Shown: positions 58,186-64,000 of the stretch, one piece after another
Layout of the letters: every line of letters begins with the position of its first letter
Position numbering within the stretch: the stretch's first letter is position 1
Origin: Escherichia coli
GTDB taxonomy: Bacteria; Pseudomonadota; Gammaproteobacteria; Enterobacterales; Enterobacteriaceae
Reading direction: 5' to 3' (one strand)
Assembly (NCBI RefSeq): GCF_024700885.2
Contig: NZ_CP117016.1
Length of the DNA stretch: 64,000 nucleotides
Position numbers and translations under genes: made by a program
The notes under the pieces: generated by a model
Databases searched by the model: none
What the model was told of the DNA's origin: nothing
The model's input: the letters and a program-made list of their open reading frames with translations, nothing else

Positions 58186-58805
58186 GACTCGAAAGTGTAG
58201 CTAAATTTCATTCGCCAAAAAGCCCGATGATGAGCGACTCACCACGGGCCACGGCTTCTGACTCTCTTTCCGGTACTGATGTGATGGCTGCTATGGGGAT
58301 GGCGCAATCACAAGCCGGATTCGGAATGGCTGCATTCTGCGGTAAGCATGAACTCAGCCAGAACGACAAACAAAAGGCTATCAACTATCTGATGCAATTT
58401 GCACACAAGGTATCGGGGAAATACCGTGGCGTGGCAAAACTCGAAGGAAATACTAAGGCAAAGGTACTGCAAGTGCTCGCAACATTCGCTTATGCGGATT
58501 ATTGCCGTAGTGCCGCGACGCCGGGCGCAAGATGCAGAGATTGCCACGGTACAGGCCGTGCGGTTGATATAGCAAAAACAGAGCAGTGGGGGAGAGTTGT
58601 CGAGAAAGAGTGCGGAAGATGCAAAGGCGTCGGCTATTCAAGGATGCCAGCAAGCGCAGCATATCGCGCTGTGACGATGCTAATCCCAAACCTTACCCAA
58701 CCCACCTGGTCACGCACCGTTAAGCCGCTGTATGACGCTCTGGTGGTGCAATGCCACAAAGAAGAGTCAATCGCAGATAACATTTTGAATGCGGTCACAC
58801 GTTAG
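58182..58805 (+). CDS. Q: late-gene antiterminator Q (lambda type)
   Basis: 207 aa with zinc-finger CRDCHGTGR...CGRCKGVGY; recognised as lambda Q. Confidence 0.85.
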   Translation: MRLESVAKFHSPKSPMMSDSPRATASDSLSGTDVMAAMGMAQSQAGFGMAAFCGKHELSQNDKQKAINYLMQFAHKVSGKYRGVAKLEGNTKAKVLQVLATFAYADYCRSAATPGARCRDCHGTGRAVDIAKTEQWGRVVEKECGRCKGVGYSRMPASAAYRAVTMLIPNLTQPTWSRTVKPLYDALVVQCHKEESIADNILNAVTR

Positions 58806-59017
58806 CGGCATGATTGCCACGGATGGCAACATCTTTACGGCATGATATTGACTTTTTGAATAAAGTTGGGTAAATTTGACCCAACGATGGGTTAATTCGC
58901 TCGTTGTGGTAGTGAGATGAAAAGAGGCGGCGCTTACTACCGATTCCGCCTAGTTGGTCACTTCGACGTATCGTCTGGAACTCCAACCATCGCAGGCTGA
59001 GAGGTCTGTAAAATGCA

Positions 59018-59076
59018 ATCCCGAAACAGTTCGCAGGTAATAGTTAGATCCTGCATAACGGTTTCGGGATTTTTTA
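59018..59076 (+). terminator. tR'-like terminator downstream of Q
   Basis: Long hairpin ATCCCGAAAC...GTTTCGGGAT followed by TTTTTTATTT. Confidence 0.7.
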
Positions 59077-59079
59077 TTT

Positions 59080-59154
59080 GGGTCAGTCGTATAAAGGTCA
59101 TTACGGAAGGCTGTTAACCTTCTTATCGTGGTTCGAGTCCACGCTGTCCCGCCA
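59080..59154 (+). tRNA. phage-encoded tRNA, anticodon GUU (Asn-type), slightly non-canonical
   Basis: Manual fold: acceptor GGGTCAG/CTGTCCC (one mismatch), D-loop with GG, anticodon arm GAAGG-CTGTTAA-CCTTC, T-arm CGTGG-TTCGAGT-CCACG, discriminator G, CCA. Confidence 0.55.
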
Positions 59155-59159
59155 AATAT

Positions 59160-59235
59160 GCTGGTTTAGCTCCAATGGTAGAGCAGTCGCCTTGTAAACG
59201 AATGGGTAGCGGTTCAAGTCCGTTAACCAGCACCA
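59160..59235 (+). tRNA. phage-encoded tRNA, anticodon UGU (Thr-type), weak anticodon stem
   Basis: Manual fold: acceptor GCTGGTT/AACCAGC perfect, D-arm GCTC-CAATGGTA-GAGC, T-loop TTCAAGT, CCA; anticodon stem has two mismatches. Confidence 0.5.
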
Positions 59236-59477
59236 TAACTGAGCCGTAGCCACTGACTATCCTGAATTCATCAGTGATAGTTACGCTGCGGCCTTCTACA
59301 CATGATATTCGTGAAAGCGGGTGGCAGGAGGTTGCGCTAACAACCTCATGCCGTTTTGCCCGTGCATATCGGTCACGAACAAATCTGATTACTAAACACA
59401 GTAGCCTGGATTTGTTCTATCAGTAATCGACCTTATTCCTAATTAAATAGAGCAAATCCCCTTATTGGGGGTAAGAC

Positions 59478-59801
59478 ATGAAGATGCCAGAAAAACATGA
59501 CCTGTTAGCCGCCATTCTCGCGGCAAAGGAACAAGGCATCGGGGCAATCCTTGCGTTTGCAATGGCGTACCTTCGCGGCAGATATAATGGCGGTGCGTTT
59601 ACAAAAACAGTAATCGACGCAACGATGTGCGCCATTATCGCCTGGTTCATTCGTGACCTTCTCGACTTCGCCGGACTAAGTAGCAACCTCGCTTATATAA
59701 CGAGCGTGTTCATCGGCTATATCGGTACTGACTCGATTGGTTCGCTTATCAAACGCTTCGCTGCTAAAAAAGCCGGAGTAGAAGATGGTGGAAATCAATA
59801 A
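59478..59801 (+). CDS. S: holin S (lambda S107/S105 dual start)
   Basis: [41 protein letters not shown], recognised as lambda S. Confidence 0.95.
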   Translation: MKMPEKHDLLAAILAAKEQGIGAILAFAMAYLRGRYNGGAFTKTVIDATMCAIIAWFIRDLLDFAGLSSNLAYITSVFIGYIGTDSIGSLIKRFAAKKAGVEDGGNQ

Positions 59802-60261
59802 TCAACGTAAGGCGTTCCTCGATATGCTGGCGTGGTCAGAGGGGACTGATAACGGACGTCAGAAAACCAGAAATCATGGTTATGACGTCATTGTAGGCGG
59901 AGAGCTATTCACTGATTACTCCGATCACCCTCGCAAACTTGTCACGCTAAACCCCAAACTCAAATCAACAGCCGCCGGACGCTACCAGCTTCTTTCCCGT
60001 TGGTGGGATGCCTATCGTAAGCAGCTTGGCCTGAAAGACTTCTCTCCGAAAAGCCAGGACGCTGTGGCACTGCAACAGATTAAAGAGCGTGGCGCTTTAC
60101 CGATGATTGATCGCGGTGATATCCGTCAGGCAATCGACCGTTGCAGCAATATCTGGGCTTCACTGCCGGGGGCTGGTTATGGTCAGTTCGAGCATAAGGC
60201 TGACAGCCTGATTGCAAAATTCAAAGAAGCTGGCGGAACGGTCAGAGAGATTGAGGTATGA
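59785..60261 (+). CDS. R: endolysin R (lytic transglycosylase)
   Basis: 158-aa protein [34 protein letters not shown], recognised as lambda R. Confidence 0.95.
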   Translation: MVEINNQRKAFLDMLAWSEGTDNGRQKTRNHGYDVIVGGELFTDYSDHPRKLVTLNPKLKSTAAGRYQLLSRWWDAYRKQLGLKDFSPKSQDAVALQQIKERGALPMIDRGDIRQAIDRCSNIWASLPGAGYGQFEHKADSLIAKFKEAGGTVREIEV

Positions 60262-60725
60262 GCAGAGTAACCGCGATTATCTCCGCTCTGGTTATCTGCA
60301 TCATCGCCTGTCTGTCATGGGCGGTTAATCATTACCGTGATAACGCCATCGCCTACAAAGAACAGCGAGATAAAAAAGTCAGTGAGCTGAAGCAGGCGAC
60401 CGCCACCATTACTGACATGCAGCAGCGCCAGCGTGCTGCTGATGCACTCGATGCTAAATACACGAAGGAGTTAGCTGATGCGAAAGCTGAAAATGATGCT
60501 CTTCGGCGCAAGCTTGATAATGGTGGTCGGGTGTTCGTCAAAGGAAAATGCCCTATGCCATCCTCAGCCGAAACCTCCAGCGCCTCCGGCATGGGCAATG
60601 ATGCCACCGTCGAACTCTCTCCAGTTGCTGGACGAAACGTTCTCGGTATCCGGGACGGAATCATCAGCGACCAAACAGCACTGAGAACGCTTCAGGAATA
60701 CATCAGGACGCAATGCCTTCGATGA
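60258..60725 (+). CDS. Rz: spanin inner-membrane subunit Rz (divergent C-terminal half)
   Basis: N-terminal [16 protein letters not shown]...[17 protein letters not shown] lambda-like; C-terminal part differs. Confidence 0.8.
   Translation: MSRVTAIISALVICIIACLSWAVNHYRDNAIAYKEQRDKKVSELKQATATITDMQQRQRAADALDAKYTKELADAKAENDALRRKLDNGGRVFVKGKCPMPSSAETSSASGMGNDATVELSPVAGRNVLGIRDGIISDQTALRTLQEYIRTQCLR
60478..60684 (+). CDS. Rz1: spanin outer-membrane lipoprotein Rz1, embedded in Rz in +1 frame
   Basis: [21 protein letters not shown] lipobox followed by Pro-rich [11 protein letters not shown]. Confidence 0.65.
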   Translation: MRKLKMMLFGASLIMVVGCSSKENALCHPQPKPPAPPAWAMMPPSNSLQLLDETFSVSGTESSATKQH

Positions 60726-60901
60726 TAGCGATAATTTTACTCATCATCCTTCACATCTGGCTCTGTAGACAGGGTGGTGATCACTTCTGGAGTGAATCCA
60801 GATTAAACATCTCATTGCTGATGCTTGATATTGAGCATCTTGCGCGCGGTAAGGGGCTGCGTTGAGATAAGAGCCAGTTCATTACAAATACCAGGATTTA
60901 G

Positions 60902-60924
60902 CCTCGCATTCGCGGGGTTTTTTA
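60902..60924 (+). terminator. rho-independent terminator after lysis cassette
   Basis: Hairpin CCTCGC-ATTC-GCGGGG followed by TTTTTTATT. Confidence 0.7.
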
Positions 60925-60947
60925 TTCCCAACTCCATAGGTAATTTT

Positions 60948-61427
60948 ATGACCCAGCATATTGGCGTAAAACTGATTAACGCCTTTCCGATGACGAGACA
61001 GGCATATAACGATTTTCGTGGCTGGCAGCTTCCTGCCGGAGAAAACGGCGAGGACGAAGGCTATCTGGTTGAATATCTGGATGGCGGAAAACCTAACACC
61101 GATCGCTTTGATGGCTACGTTAGCTGGAGTCCAAAAGAAGTATTCGAAAAGGCTTATCGTCCGGTATCAGGACTAAGTTTCGGCCTTGCCATGGAAGCGT
61201 TAAAACAGGGCAAAAGTTTGCAGCGGGCAGGATGGAATGGGAAAGACCAGTTTGTTTATCTCGTGAAAGGGGAAAAATTAGCGTCTGCGTTGGGTTATGG
61301 CTTTGGCGAATATGTTGGCGAGCCAACTTTCAATGACACGCTTGTATTGAAAAACTCACAGAACCGCCTTGCTACATGGGTTCCATCCATTGGCGACCTG
61401 ATGGCTGAAGACTGGCAAATCATTTAA
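60948..61427 (+). CDS. DUF2829-like (possible Tad2-like) protein, 159 aa
   Basis: Start at MTQHIGVKL after the terminator; motif FGLAMEALKQGKSLQRAGWNGKDQFVYL and C-terminal DLMAEDWQI fit my recollection of the DUF2829 signature. Confidence 0.5.
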   Translation: MTQHIGVKLINAFPMTRQAYNDFRGWQLPAGENGEDEGYLVEYLDGGKPNTDRFDGYVSWSPKEVFEKAYRPVSGLSFGLAMEALKQGKSLQRAGWNGKDQFVYLVKGEKLASALGYGFGEYVGEPTFNDTLVLKNSQNRLATWVPSIGDLMAEDWQII

Positions 61428-61660
61428 CCATGTAGGCATTACAAAGCCTATCTACGGGTGGGCTTGATAATGAAACCGGAATTTATTCTGGGCAACCAGT
61501 TACGGCAGTACAGCGAAGCAACCCAAGCCAGAAAGTGGGGAAATAACACTGGCAGCCACTGAAAGATGAACCTCCTGCCTTATGGCAAAAAAGATTCTTT
61601 GTGGTGGCGGACTGATGGAAAGACATCCTAATCAAGCAACCACTCCACAGGGTCATAATT

Positions 61661-62032
61661 ATGAACGACCAGCAAATCGAAAAAGAAATCGTTGAGAAAG
61701 GCAAAACGGCACCGCGCGTTACGCCAGACCATATCGAAGGAATTATTGCTCAGGAGGCATATTTCACAGCAGAGGATGGTGCCTTTGGCAAAGCCATAAA
61801 AGATAAACATACTGGCGGAGAGGTAAACTACCAGCCGCACGAATCACTTTCTCTGCTGACGTTCTGCGTCCTGGTGCTGCGCAACGGCTTCACCGTCACC
61901 GGAGAGAGTGCCTGTGCAAGTCCGGAAAATTTTGATGCAGAAATTGGTCGGAAGATTGCCCGGCAGAATGCTGTAAACAAAATCTGGATGCTCGAAGGTT
62001 ACTTGCTGAAGCAGAAGCTAAGCGAACAGTAG
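61661..62032 (+). CDS. hypothetical phage protein (123 aa)
   Basis: ORF between lysis and packaging modules. Confidence 0.5.
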   Translation: MNDQQIEKEIVEKGKTAPRVTPDHIEGIIAQEAYFTAEDGAFGKAIKDKHTGGEVNYQPHESLSLLTFCVLVLRNGFTVTGESACASPENFDAEIGRKIARQNAVNKIWMLEGYLLKQKLSEQ

Positions 62033-62135
62033 TTATTACAAAAGCCATTCCCTACAGAGTGGCTTTGATAATGGCTTATACCCTACACGGGATAACTTAA
62101 CTGATATCCCTTTTAACGGATAAACGGAGCCAACA

Positions 62136-62378
62136 ATGGCAGAGATTATTCCCATGACTGAAGAACAGAAATTCCAGTTAGAGATTTACAAACTGGTCAT
62201 GAACCAGAACGCAGCCGCAGAAGAAGCATTTCAATTCATTGGCACTGACGAACTGAAGCTTGAGCTATTCAAAATTCACTTCCAGTCAGGCGGCGCTAAT
62301 TCGGATATCACGACCCGCACTATCGAAGCGGTGCGTAAATCGAAGGAAGCGTTAGACCTGTTCACTACCGGAGCATGA
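62136..62378 (+). CDS. hypothetical phage protein (80 aa)
   Basis: ORF with GGAG ribosome-binding site. Confidence 0.45.
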   Translation: MAEIIPMTEEQKFQLEIYKLVMNQNAAAEEAFQFIGTDELKLELFKIHFQSGGANSDITTRTIEAVRKSKEALDLFTTGA

Positions 62379-62407
62379 TGCTCAACCTGAAATAACAAAT
62401 AAGTGAG

Positions 62408-62902
62408 ATGAATATGGCAGCACCAAAGGGCAACCGATTTTGGGAGGCCCGCAGTAGTCATGGGCGAAATCCTAAATTCGAATCGCCCGAGGCGCTGTGG
62501 GCTGCTTGTTGTGAATACTTCGAGTGGGCTGATGATAACCCGCTATGGGAGGGTAAGGTATTTTCATATCAGGGAGAAATAATTAAGGCTAACGTTCCTA
62601 AGATGCGAGCCATGACTATTTCAGGATTGTGTACCTTCCTTGATATCACCAGGCAAACATGGGGAACCTTCCGGTCAATGGAAGGTTTTTCTGACGTCAC
62701 ATCACGAGCGGAAGACATCATCTACGACCAGAAATTCTCTGGCGCAGCCGCTGACCTTCTCAACGCTAACATCATCGCCCGTGATTTGGGCCTCAAAGAG
62801 CAGTCGCAAGTTGAAGACGTGACACCTGATAAGGGAGATCGCGATAAGCGGCGCTCTCGTATCAAGGAGCTATTCAACCGTGGAACTGGACGCGATTCTT
62901 GA
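62408..62902 (+). CDS. terminase small subunit (P22 gp3-like)
   Basis: 164-aa protein [40 protein letters not shown] immediately upstream of large terminase. Confidence 0.65.
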   Translation: MNMAAPKGNRFWEARSSHGRNPKFESPEALWAACCEYFEWADDNPLWEGKVFSYQGEIIKANVPKMRAMTISGLCTFLDITRQTWGTFRSMEGFSDVTSRAEDIIYDQKFSGAAADLLNANIIARDLGLKEQSQVEDVTPDKGDRDKRRSRIKELFNRGTGRDS

Positions 62903-64000
62903 TAACCTGAGCGACGAAGAGCAAATCGAATTGCTCGAGCTACTTGAAGAAGAAGAGAACTACCGTAACACACACCTGCTATATGAATTTACGCCATACA
63001 GCAAACAGCGTGAGTTCATCGACGCCGGACATGACTATCCAGAGCGATGTTTTATGGCTGGTAACCAGCTTGGTAAGTCATTTACTGGTGCTGCTGAAGT
63101 CGCGTTTCACCTTACAGGGCGTTATCCGGGCACAAAAGGCTATCCTGCTGATGGTAAATATGGCGGTGAGTGGAAAGGTAAGCGTTTCTATGAGCCTGTT
63201 GTCTTCTGGATTGGCGGCGAGACAAACGAGACGGTAACCAAAACGACTCAACGCATCCTGTGCGGTCGTATCGAAGAGAATGACGAGCCAGGCTACGGTT
63301 CCATACCTAAAGAAGACATCATTAGCTGGAAGAAGTCTCCTTTCTTTCCGAACCTTGTTGATCATCTTCTGGTTAAGCATCACACGGCTGATGGCGTTGA
63401 AGATGGCATTTCAATCTGCTACTTCAAGCCATACTCGCAAGGCCGTGCTCGCTGGCAGGGTGACACAATCCACGGCGTGTGGTTTGACGAAGAGCCACCA
63501 TACAGCATTTATGGCGAAGGTCTTACCCGTACCAACAAATACGGGCAATTCTCAATTCTGACGTTTACCCCGCTGATGGGGATGTCTGACGTTGTTACCA
63601 AGTTCCTGAAGAATCCCAGCAAGTCGCAGAAAGTGGTCAACATGACCATCTATGACGCTGAGCACTACACAGACGAACAGAAAGAGCAAATCATCGCATC
63701 CTATCCCGAACATGAGAGAGAGGCGCGTGCTCGCGGTATTCCTACGATGGGTAGCGGTCGAATCTTCCAGATACCGGAAGAGACGATTAAGTGTCAGCCG
63801 TTCGAGTGTCCTGATCACTTCTACGTCATCAACGCAATGGACTTCGGATGGGATCACCCACAGGCACATATCCAGCTTTGGTGGGATAAAGACGAGGACG
63901 TGATTTATCTTTCTCGCGTCTGGAAGGCCAAACAGAAGAAGGCGACAGAGGCATGGAGTGCTGTTAAAGCATGGAGCAAAAACACCCCTACGGCTTGGCC
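62880..64000 (+). CDS. terminase large subunit, N-terminal part (open to window end)
   Basis: Not in the ORF track because it lacks a stop in-window; GTG start with AAGGAG ribosome-binding site; Walker A AGNQLGKS. Confidence 0.75.
   Translation, partial: MELDAILDNLSDEEQIELLELLEEEENYRNTHLLYEFTPYSKQREFIDAGHDYPERCFMAGNQLGKSFTGAAEVAFHLTGRYPGTKGYPADGKYGGEWKGKRFYEPVVFWIGGETNETVTKTTQRILCGRIEENDEPGYGSIPKEDIISWKKSPFFPNLVDHLLVKHHTADGVEDGISICYFKPYSQGRARWQGDTIHGVWFDEEPPYSIYGEGLTRTNKYGQFSILTFTPLMGMSDVVTKFLKNPSKSQKVVNMTIYDAEHYTDEQKEQIIASYPEHEREARARGIPTMGSGRIFQIPEETIKCQPFECPDHFYVINAMDFGWDHPQAHIQLWWDKDEDVIYLSRVWKAKQKKATEAWSAVKAWSKNTPTAW

Noticed and set aside
62944-63561. 97-aa and 93-aa plus-strand ORFs from the track
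   Set aside because: They lie out of frame inside the large terminase gene, which the track omits because it has no stop codon in the window.

Overview
Enterobacterial (Escherichia coli-like) chromosomal segment in the cyd-tol-pal-nadA-gal-mod-ybh-att-lambda order known from E. coli K-12, with two accessory insertions. All calls are from reading the sequence and the ORF track; no searches were run, and names rest on recognised protein sequences and motifs. Left end (1-6200): a glutamate mutase / methylaspartate ammonia-lyase locus (mal 5' end, glmE, glmL, glmS) in which glmL is split by a complete 820-bp IS26 with a perfect 8-bp target-site duplication, followed by an AT-rich stretch with two unrecognised genes. 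Core (6200-42360): cydABX-ybgE-ybgC-tolQRAB-pal-cpoB, seven tRNA genes (lysT-valT-lysW-valZ-lysY-lysZ-lysQ), nadA-pnuC, zitB, ybgS, aroG, gpmA, galMKTE, modF, modE, acrZ, modABC, ybhA, pgl, ybhD, ybhH, ybhI, ybhJ, ybhC. Right end (42361 to window end): a mosaic lambdoid prophage at the lambda attachment site, with lambda-type int/xis, N, Q and S-R-Rz/Rz1, a 434-type immunity region, RecT-type recombination genes, an O-like initiator with DnaB-type helicase, and a terminase pair that runs off the window. The most interesting candidates are in the prophage: a secreted protein translationally coupled to cI in the rexAB position, a possible DUF2829/Tad2-like gene between lysis and packaging genes, an HNH endonuclease gene inserted precisely inside ninF, and two phage-borne tRNA genes between Q and S.
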